From Nemertoderma westbladi (taxonomy: Eukaryota > Animalia > Xenacoelomorpha): a stretch of 64,000 nucleotides of DNA. Shown here in pieces: positions 54,301-63,297 of this stretch; the stretch's first letter is position 1; every line of letters starts with the position of its first letter. The stretch lies in the NCBI GenBank assembly GCA_032718475.1, contig JAUCBJ010007209.1, forward strand, positions 13,829-77,828. The letters run 5' to 3'. The notes under the pieces are model-generated. The model had not been told where the DNA came from. It searched no databases and saw only the letters and a program-made list of their open reading frames with translations. The position numbers were made by a program, and so were the translations under genes.

Positions 54301-57300
54301 AATATCTTTAGATGAAGTTTTACCAGCTCCCCATTTATTATTATTAACTTACCCGTATTAACAATGAATATTTTCGGTGTCCAGTATCTAGACCACTCGA
54401 TATCGTCCGTTACTCCAGTAGCTGATACCTTCCCTCGTAGCTTGGGTTCGCTCCATCGAGCCTCTATCACGGCGTGGCATTTAAAAGTCTGTTTGATTGT
54501 ATCCAGTTGCCCAATTTCCAACATGTGGCATGTAGTATAGACTTTGGTCTAAAACAGTTCACAAAGTCAAAGAGAAATGCAATACCAGGGCAAAGGCTAT
54601 ACTGACCGGACCCATTGCTCAATTGACCGGAAGCAATGACCTGACCTATTACCATATAAAGGAGCAGGTTAGTAAAGGAGTAGGTTAGTTAAGGAGCAGG
54701 TTAGAAAAGGAGCAGGTTAGTAAAGGAGTAGGTTAGTTAAGGAGCAGGTTAGAAAAGGAGCAGGTTATAAAAGGAGCAGGTTAGTAAAGGAGCAGGTTAG
54801 AAAAGGAGCAGGTTAGTAAAGGAGCAGGTTAGTAAAGGAGCAGGTTAGTAAAGGAGCAGGTTAGAAAAGGAGCAGGTTAGAAAAGGAGCAGGTTAGAAAA
54901 GGAGCAGGTTAGAAAAGGAGCAGGTTAGTAAAGGAGCAGGTTAGTAAAGGAGCAGGTTAGTAAAGGAGCAGGTTAGTTAAGGAGCAGGTTAGAAAAGGAG
55001 CAGGTTAGTAAAGGAGCAGGTTAGAAAAGGAGCAGGTTAGTAAAGGAGTAGGTTAGTTAAGGAGCAGGTTAGTAAAGGAGCAGGTTAGAAAAGGAGCAGG
55101 TTAGTTAAGGAGCAGGTTAGAAAAGGAGCAGGTTAGAAAAGGAGCAGGTTAGTAAAGGAGCAGGTTAGTAAAGGAGCAGGTTAGTAAAGGAGCAGGTTAG
55201 TTAAGGAGCAGGTTAGAAAAGGAGCAGGTTAGAAAAGGAGCAGGTTACAGATGCGATTTGGGGGGAACCAAAATAATAAACGAAAGTTAACACATGTTAC
55301 AAGATTATGCAGGTTACTTAATTGTGGTAATAAGGTCCCGGTCAATAATACACAAGTAAAATATAAATCAAATATAAAGTTTCAATACGTTATTTAGAGG
55401 GTCCGTGTCAGTAGCCACTTCTTATATATAGCCAGTTAAATTTTATTGATTTCTTAGAATTGAGCGAAAGCGAGCTATAAGTAAGCTACTAGAAAATCTA
55501 AAAACTTATTTTCAACAAGCATCTTAATAATTTGTTCTCATTTATCATTGTTGTTCAAATTTATAATATCTGCTTTCTGTTTTTATCTGATGTGTTACCT
55601 GTCCTGTTCTAGCAAAGGCATCCTTCACTTGCAGCATTCCTTTGTGCTCCAACTTTTGGGTTATTAGATTGATAGATCTAATAGACTTCTCGGTGTTGTG
55701 TCTCAGAGCGTGAATGACCTTGACAAGATCCGGAGGCATTTGGAGATCTAATCCCGGTACTATTGGTAATTTGTAATCTTCATAGCCTATTTTCATAGGA
55801 ATAAATATATTATTTATTAATTACAATATAGTATTTTAATTTCTCACAGAACGTTGGAGACAGAGGGGGAAGCTTGACCCAAAATCCCATCTCTGCAATT
55901 TAATTTTTCGCATCAATGAAAAATTTATCAATTTATGGAACTCTTTGGGGATTAGTCCCTGTAGACTCTTGGTTATGGTGTTTTTTCTTACTTATTACAT
56001 TAATACTGTACTACTAATATTACTAGTTATCATCTTGTTTAAACTTTATTCTGATTTGTAAAGTTATTTAGTTTAGTTTGATAAATCAATCATATTGAGT
56101 ATAAATTTATGGAAAGGAGCAGGTTACAGTGGCACGTTCTTTTAACCGAGTAACGTGTCCTTAGAAAATGTTGCAGTTTTATTTTGAGAGTAATCAGCTG
56201 TTTGTGTCGAATTTCCCTGTGGAGAGGGATAACCTTATTAGTAGCCTAAATACAGCTATTGTAGCTATACAGCTATAATTAATTTATCAGTAGCTTTTAT
56301 ACCTGTAGTTGCCAGTAATTGGTCAATCAGAACATCGAAATCAAACAGAGGCATCTGGCTGGTTCTCCTCCCGAATAACAACATTTGACTTCTTGTCCTG
56401 ACGAGTTTCTTTTTCAATGTATCTTCTTCCTCACTAATAACTTCAGTTTGACCTACAGTCGTGTAATAAGTAACTATTTATAAAGTAGCACTTTATGATA
56501 TGCGCATTATGTCTTGTTACAATTTATATGAAATATATATATATATACCTGTATATTTTTTATAACATTAATAGTAGCATAACACTTTGCAATGTGCTGC
56601 TCCGTTGTCCTTGATGTTTTACGAGATGCTTTATGGAGCGCAAATAAATACACGCGATTAGAACGTTTTTTTTTCAAAATTGTAACATTTAACATAAATC
56701 CACGATCGAGTACTGTATTCAAGTGTACTTAGCTAGCTTTCTCAAATTTTAGGCCGTAAGCGGAATAGGGGGGAACTGCGGATATTCCTGTCAGGTCCTG
56801 TAAGACATGAATATATAAGTATAGATTATGGTATCTGGTCTTACCTGGCAGATGCTCTTCTTCTTTAACTTTGCCAAAACCACCTTCGTCACTGAATGAG
56901 AATGATAATAATAATATATATTATTTATTACTAACATTAATTAGTTATTAATTGATAAACAGGTTAGCAATATTGTTTTAACATAAAGGCTGCCTTATGC
57001 TAATACCACCATCTTCAAGACCTCGCTATTGGGTTCAGTAGTATTATATTTAGTATTTTATTTTGTTTTACCTGTCGAGAAGAGACGCGGCGTCAGCTTC
57101 CTCGTCATCGTCATCATTATCCTCCTCTTCATTGTTTGGGTCGGCGTTGCGAATAAACTCCGTCAGTTCATTCTGATTGGTTGTTTGGTTATCCTGCGGA
57201 GTTGTGCGACTTATTCCGCTGTCTGCACTCTGCCCCCTGGGGGGCTCAGGGATTGCTGCTCCTGGTTGTCTTTCCTCCGTTTTTTTCTCTTCCGTTTTCG

Positions 57301-60300
57301 GTTTTGACAGTTTTTCGTAGAAACCGGTTGGCACAATTGGTTTTTTATCAGTTGTCTGTCGGGATCGTATAATATCAAATATTAGATGGGGTTCTATGAT
57401 CTATGGTATAATTGGATCTTATAATATCAAATAGTAGATGGGGTTCTATGGTATAAGTGGATCTTATAATATCAAATAGTAGGTGGGGTTCTATGGTATA
57501 AGTGGATCTTATAATATCAAATAGTAGATGGGGTTCTATGGTATAAGTGGATCTTATAATATCAAATAGTAGATAGTCAAATAGTAATATCTAAGGTATA
57601 AGTGGATCTTATGCCCTCCAAACCCTTTAATACATAAGTAATAATAAGTACATATACTTTAATATACTCTATAGTTTAATACATAAGTACATAATAATAA
57701 TTTCATAAGTTTTTTCCAAATTACATAATTATTGTATCATGACCGATATTTACTATGTGCTGTGGAATATCACCCATGGTAACTGTTTACTGTGGAATAT
57801 CACCCATGGTAACTGTTTACCGTGGAATATCAGCCATGGTGGTGAATAGGTATTCCTTGGCTTAATGACTCTAATGAGCCTAAAAGATTCTGCCATTTAA
57901 TAATCTTTAAAGAGTTCTATATTATTTTATAATCTCTCCACACCTGTAAATATATATCCTACATGTATGTATGTATGTATTTGGAAACCTGTATAACACG
58001 TTGTGGGGTCTTCGAGCAGCACGTGTTCTAATGTTCAATGACTGAGCAGCGACTAATTAACAAATTTATGAGAGATTCATTGACCAGCTACCGACAGACC
58101 AATATTGTGACATATATTTTAGTTTAATGTTTGATTCAATTAGAGGCACAAATTAAAAAGGCTACAAATATATAGGGGTGAATAATTAAATTCGTCACCC
58201 ATTAGGCCTAAAATTGTAGCCAAGTATAAGTTGCAATCTATATACATTTTTAAATTCAGTAGTGTGCGTGTGTTGTGTATTGATCCCGTATATTTCATGT
58301 TGAAATAGCGTTCATTAATTTTAATTATTCAGGCATACTAATACCCACATTAAATTAGTTCGTGTGTGTTAAGTGTGTAAGATTTGATTGTTTCGTCGCG
58401 AAACCATTAGGGCACAGAAACTGACGGATTCTTCGCGAATTTCGCAAACGTCGCAAACTTCGGGAATTTGTTCTACAATTTTGACTCCTTAACCCTATTA
58501 CCACTGGGGTGTTTTGACCATTAGCACAGCACCACTGGGGGGGGGGGGGGGGGGGGGCGATTCGGCCCACCCACTATATTTTTGTAATCGTCCAATGAAA
58601 TCCTACAAAATTTGGGCTTTTGGTGAAACAACTATAGATGAACACTACCAAACCTTAAAAAGTTAAAATTTCATAAGCAGGAACTCATAATTTTGATGAA
58701 AAATAAAAGTAGTCCCAGGACAAAATTACAAAATTTTTCGTTTTCTAAAAACTAATAGTGTGGCAGTGTTGGCTAGATTTAGTAGGTTTTTCAAGACGCT
58801 GAATCAAATGTGATTATATTCCATTTCTAAAAATTGAAGTGGATGCTATTTTTCGTGCACCTAAGAAGTGGGCGTGGCACTTCAAATTTTGAAAACTGCT
58901 AAACAAAAGATTTTGAAAACTGCTAAACACTTGAAAAGTGCTAAATAATTAATTTCCATGGAGAGATCGTTCAAAATGACCCAACCATACAATTTAGCTG
59001 AAGATATTAACTTCGATTATGGCTTCCGACATTTATGGCTTCCGACACACACACACACACAGACTTTGGAAAAACGGCCATAGTATAATTATATCAGTTC
59101 GCTGATGGTTCGCCATACGTGTCTCGCCCCACACACCCTTTTGGATATTAATCGTGAAATATAAATCCCCATCTTAACTTAAAAACTTTACTTAACTTAA
59201 ACGTCTAACCTCATTTTGTTCGTAAAATTGTTTTTCCCATTGGACCCTCTCCTCTTCATTGTCACTAGCACTCTTAGAATATCCTTTGTTACTGTGGCTT
59301 TGGTCTTCAACTTCTTTGTTGTCTTCCGCAATAGAAACACGATTACCGCTTCCCGACCTACAGATAATGATTATTTTTATGAGTGGCTACAAATCTTTAC
59401 ATCATCGTGTGTAAAGTGGTTCCAGATTTGTAAAGGGTGCGAATTCTATAATCGCAGAACGTAATTTACATGTCATATTATATGAAGTTTTAATACAAGT
59501 ATTGAAAACATGTATGAAATCTTGCCATTCATACCGTAACACTAATATTTTGTTACATTGATTTATTACTAAAATATAGATACTTTGCCATTTCGGATTT
59601 CAAGCAGTGTAACGTAATGTTTAACTTTTTCTACCAGTAAACCTACACTTTTACTTTTTCTACCAGTGTAACATAATGTTTAACTTTTTCTACCAGTGTA
59701 ACGTAATGTTTAACTTTTTCTACCAGTAAACGTGAACTTTTACTTTTTCTACTAGTGTAACGTAATGTTTAACTTTTTCTACCAGTAAACCTACACTTTT
59801 ACTTTTTCTACCAGTGTAACATAATGTTTAACTTTTTCTACCAGTGTAACGTAATGTTTAAATTTTTCTACCAGTAAACGTGAACTTTTACTTTTTCTAC
59901 CAGTGTAACGTAATGTTTAACTTTTTCTACCAGTAAACCTACACTTTTACTTTTTCTGCCAGTGTAACATAATGTTTAACTTTTTCTACCAGTGTAACGT
60001 AATGTTTAACTTTTTCTATCAGTAAACGTGAACTTTTACTTTTTCTACCAGTGTAACGTAATGTTTAACTTTTTTTACCAGTAAACCTACACTTTTACTT
60101 TTTCTACCAGTGTAACATAATGTTTAACTTTTTCTACCAGTGTAACGTAATGTTTAACTTTTGCTACCAGTAAACGTGAACATTTACTTTTTCTACCAGT
60201 ATAACGTAATGTTTTACTTTTTTTACCAGTGAAAGTAAACTTTTAATTAACTAAACCAACCTCTTCCTTTCGTTAATACCCTTACGCCGTCGTCTCATTT

Positions 60301-62657
60301 TCAGCGGTTTCTGCGGCGACTCGTTATTGTATATAACAACGGGCGGCAGCGGTACCATTAACTCTTTACCCACCCAAGCAACTTGTATAGCTGAGTCGTT
60401 ATCGTCAGAACTCGGATTAGCTGTATTTACAGATTCTTCCATATTGTCGGCTATTCGCATCAACTAATATTGTTTTACTGGTCGAAGAAAACTCCTTTTT
60501 GATGGAGTTGCTGTTTCTTACGAATCAATATTTTTAAATAGTTTTTTAAACGTTTATTACAATAATTAATTTCTTGCCCAATTTTATTGTGTAATACATA
60601 TATCCACTCAATGTAGTTTTTTTGGCAAGTTTTACTAAATTAAAAGGAATTCACTGGTGGTCTAATATTTGTTGATTGGTTGGTTGCTAGGACACCGTCT
60701 AATGTGAGCGACAAAGTTACTGGCAAAAAAAATATCGATATATCTTGACTTGATGTGGTTTCATGAGCTATTATTTTTTACATTTTTATGATTTATGATT
60801 ATTTTTAGCTTAACATAGACAAATGTTTATTGTTTGCAGGTGTCGCGTTTAAGAAATGTTTTTCGTATGCCGGGTTCGAAATGCAACGGAAGAAGTACGA
60901 GAACCCGGTAATCGCCATCCTCAATGTGGAACTCGAGTTGAAGTCGGAGAAAGACAACGCCGAAGTTCGCGTGGATAACGTGAAAGAGTATCAGAGTATA
61001 GTGGATGCTGAATGGGATATACTCTACAACAAACTCGAGTCCATATGCAAGTCTGGAGCTAAGGTTCGTGGTCTATTTGTTTGAGAGTTCAGTGGTCTGT
61101 TTGTTTGTGAGTTCGGTGGTCTGTTTGTTTGTGAGTTCGGTGGTCTGTTTGTTTGAGAGTTTGGTGGTCTATTTGTTTGGTCTTCTATTTGTTTGAGAGT
61201 TTGGTGGTGTGTTTGGACGCTGATAATGATATCATGCCTGACGCCATTATGATATTTAATTAGTAATAATTTTATACAGAAATCAATTAGAAAACAAGTA
61301 ATCCACAGCAGTACCTAAGTACCACCTAATGCATTGCCTACAATTTCACTTTTCAAAATTTCCCCTTCTAATTTCGTCTTTGGGCACATTTTTTGGTTTT
61401 TTAAACAGAAATGAGATTTTCTAAATTTATCCAACCGTTTAGAAATTTTTTACTGTGAACATTTTGAAAAAAACGCTGCTCCACCACTATTTTTTCAGAT
61501 TACCAACACGGTGATCCTTCGGGACTCGCCTAGATCGACCGATATTCGATACTGACTTGCCTACATGGTCAAATCGGATGTTACCATTTCATTTTTTCCC
61601 TTAAATCTGTTGTTATTTTTTTTATACCCACCCCAATGTCTGAGCAGTGAGCAGTATAGTTAATACTACATTATTATTATTATTAATATAAATTTACACC
61701 ATAACTTAGAAATGAACAAAGACAGCATAGACAATTTAACTATAGTATAATATGGTGATGGGGTTTCCCCCATAAAAGATACATTACATCCATTACATAG
61801 ATTACTTAGTTTAACTTAACACTTAGTTAAGCTTAACATTACTTAGTTTAAAATATGAGTTAATAATTAATTAAGGTACATTGAAATACACCGAATTAAA
61901 ATTATTGTAATTGGTCTCAATATGGCCATGCTAATTATGAGATTAAACGAAGAAGTTAAAAGGGTCAGAAGACTGGATGTTATATGAAATTAGATAGAAA
62001 TGTGTATTAAAATAAGATGAAATATATATATACGTATTAATAAAAGGGTCGGACTTGATGTCGTAAAAATGAGATAAAATATATGCGTATTAAAAATGAG
62101 ATGCAATAAATACGTATTAAAAGAGTCAGAGTGGATGTGAAGTTAAATAAAATTTGTATTAATTAATAAAGCATTATAGAATATGATGTCGTAAAAATGA
62201 GATAAAATATATGCGTATTAAAAATGAGATGCAATAAATACGTATTAAAAGAGTCAGAGTGGATGTGAAGTGAAATAAAATTTGTATTAATTAATAAAGC
62301 ATTATAGAATATAAGTCGTTATCTATGGGTATAAATCATCGAGACGAGAGTTATTATTTCTACAGTTAACTAATAATTATATAATACTAACTAATAATCA
62401 TAACTAATAATCATTAATAACTAATATCTATTACTAATATCTCTCTAGGTTGTTCTCTCGAAGTTGCCCATTGGCGATGTCGCTACCCAGTATTTCGCAG
62501 ACCGGGATATGTTCTGTGCTGGTCGCGTTACAGAAGAAGACATACGGAGAACGATAAAGGCATGTGGAGGGAGTCTGCAGACATCGTTGCAGAGTCTATC
62601 CGACAACGTGTTGGGCAGATGTCAACTGTTTGAGGAATTACAAATTGGGGGTGAAAG
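33305..62657 (+). CDS. CCT7: T-complex protein 1 subunit eta, exons 1-6 (33305-33394, 34235-34411, 41197-41334, 42179-42410, 60840-61063, 62449-62657); continues beyond window
   Basis: Spliced translation [78 protein letters not shown] matches CCT-eta; GT-AG junctions, phases consistent. Confidence 0.96.
33481..33714. mobile_element. PIF/Harbinger-like MITE in CCT7 intron 1
   Basis: GGCCC..TTCACAGATACACT / AGTGTATCTGTGAACTGGGCC inverted ends; TGA/TAA flanks. Confidence 0.6.
35350..36495 (+). mobile_element. RTE-like non-LTR retrotransposon 3' fragment with internal deletion and frameshift
   Basis: [10 protein letters not shown] joined almost directly to LDFADDL; frameshift at ~35780 into KTKI..FCYLGS..LLYG..RLRFAGH; ends in a (TAG)/(TAC) microsatellite tail. 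Confidence 0.85.
37905..38153. mobile_element. ~240-bp MITE, best-preserved copy of the family
   Basis: TIRs GGGGAAACTGGACGCAA / TTGCGTCTAGTTCCCC; several homologous copies in the window. Confidence 0.82.
38838..40493 (-). CDS. Divergent SLC6/NSS (sodium:neurotransmitter symporter family) transporter, intronless, nested antisense in CCT7 intron 2
   Basis: [26 protein letters not shown]2 [31 protein letters not shown]; multiple hydrophobic helices; 551-aa open ORF. Confidence 0.92.
   Translation of the reverse strand: MTYIDKMEGKTSDNNRWESSVSYWSCLSAFMFSGSALWMSGFYAFYSGGCIFFVMNLVMTLLMSIPLFYMETSLGAESQRGALGLWNTAPLFKGIGVCQAFLCLLISVCDIGRASLPIFYLFTLVTQGRVWERCDNPWNSPNCEDSDPAPDEDYETTTTSPDYYPQYVDYYNYKTPSTSEFYRYAMEGSPIILNINLDIAAMVLVLAACLCLLAGVKAYGRVVMVTTLAIIVCVVALTIRGCTMDGVHGGMQYLFYPEFYLLGEPRLWVDSALRALYNVGVGFAILPAISSRLATKRSRYFHLATAITMPIAQFAFSIILAILVFSIQGAYMYAVGRSGMEHTSEGVYGILNGISILPAPTVWCVILLVLSMLSSFNIMSVNMFALTTLVQDSYTSVSHIKATVLVTVIIAATCQLFLCYIGTPIYHSLNSALFPMTVVPLFLFVIAVIVSKMGERYPNADILRMTYLIPSLILIPLMSLFYPWMASYYPIVSLVALAPPLLVIIIFGIVALVRANGSLGDKFRQTIRQDDELMAEQEGININGYTKYGQE
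41305..42160 (+). repeat. 44-bp minisatellite made of the CCT7 exon-3 end plus its splice donor (11 clear units to ~41775, degenerate to ~42160)
   Basis: GCAGCTGGGTTAGCTGTTGCTA(A/T)GGTAAG... recurs every 44 nt from 41311. Confidence 0.95.
42714..60460 (-). CDS. Cys-less (Pro-loop) pentameric ligand-gated ion channel subunit, 11 exons, 725 aa, nested antisense in CCT7 intron 4
   Basis: Exons 60460-60261, 59357-59210, 57400-57072, 56891-56845, 56452-56303, 55786-55599, 54548-54353, 51975-51836, 50915-50781, 50031-49798, 43124-42714 (2178 nt, GT-AG, in phase). Motifs [45 protein letters not shown]1, [21 protein letters not shown]. Confidence 0.88.
43861..49776. repeat. 5.9-kb satellite, 19-bp unit GGGACACAAACATTAATGA (~310 units)
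   Basis: Directly visible, with recurrent variant blocks; lies in the last intron of the channel gene. Confidence 0.99.
51175..51825. mobile_element. Helentron/DINE-like non-autonomous element with internal GACA/GACG microsatellite
   Basis: ~53-bp inverted repeats (51226-51278 vs 51759-51812) and a CAGA/CGGA tract; related GTGGGG..GCAGCACGT and CTCGCCCCACA ends at ~57990, ~59125 and ~19700. Confidence 0.6.
52371..53110. mobile_element. PIF/Harbinger (Tourist-like) MITE
   Basis: TIRs GGGGTCATCCATAAAA..CGTCCGAG / CTCGGACGTCTTTTATGGATGACCCC; TAA TSD on both sides. Confidence 0.9.
54658..55246. repeat. 16-bp minisatellite AAAGGAGCAGGTTAG(T/A), ~37 units
   Basis: Directly visible. Confidence 0.98.
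57362..57612 (-). repeat. 45-bp minisatellite containing the channel exon-3 acceptor and exon start
   Basis: GGATC(T/G)TATAATATCAAATA.TAG.TGGGGTTCTATG at 57362, 57414, 57459 and 57504; partial at 57549. Confidence 0.92.
59605..60245. repeat. 29-30-bp minisatellite with 148-bp five-unit higher-order repeat
   Basis: CCAGT...ACTTTTTCTA units; the AAACCTACAC variant recurs every 148 nt. Confidence 0.95.
60683..60695. promoter_or_regulatory. Candidate X-box GTTGCTAGGACAC next to a CCAAT box
   Basis: ~220 bp upstream of the channel ATG; adjacent GATTGG reads CCAATC on the minus strand. Confidence 0.35.
61064..61215 (+). repeat. 24-bp minisatellite starting at the CCT7 exon-5 donor
   Basis: GTTCGGTGGTCTGTTTGTTTG(A/T)GA, ~6 units. 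Confidence 0.9.
62057..62311. repeat. ~126-bp direct duplication inside a dispersed repeat (61750-62350) homologous, inverted, to 28410-28690
   Basis: TGATGTCGTAAAAATGAGAT... occurs twice; GGGGTTTCCCCCATAAAA and AATACACCGAATTAAAATTA match the reverse complement of 28590-28680. Confidence 0.75.
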
Positions 62658-63297
62658 GTTTGTTTAATAGTCATTATTTTATCAATTATTTATTTCCCCG
62701 GTTTCTTTATTATTATTCTACATATACAGCAACAACCTATTCCTATCATCGATTCCTATTCCGGGCATTAGATCCTTCCCTTTCTGTAGCCAATCCTGTA
62801 AATCCCCAAGTTTTGCGTTTCACTTTGCGAAATGCCCGTATTTCACGGGCGTTATTTTATACAATTTTACCATTTGTTTTACTAGTATTACTATTAGGTT
62901 GATCAGTAGAAACCAGGTCCTTCCGGGCTTCCCGATTCTCCATGGTTGTCGCGATTTCTTTTGCCTTTCAAGTTTATGATTTCAAGCTGTTGTTTAGTGC
63001 GCTTGCCCGTAGTAGTCTTATGTAACAACCCTCACTTCCACCCAATCAACCAACATTTAACCAAAAACATTTAAAACATTTAACCACTGATTAATCAACC
63101 TGTACCTTACTGCAGTAGGCCTAAGCTGCTAATTATAAGTACAGCAATGCCTGACTGCTGATAGGCCTATCAACTATGGTCTGTGCTGGGCTGAAGCCTC
63201 ATTAATTTTCCAAACTTCCACCAAGTTACATGCTGGCTGGTCTGCCCTTGAAACGAATACCAACATGATGAATAATTTGTAACCCAATCCAACTACA

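Noticed and set aside
9370-58558. Numerous long poly-G/poly-C runs as functional G-quadruplexes
   Set aside because: Most lie inside MITE subtermini, and homopolymer lengths are error-prone in assemblies.
58490-58580. piggyBac-like left end TTAA|CCCTATTACCACTGGGG
   Set aside because: No matching right end or second TTAA boundary found nearby; at most a truncated fragment.
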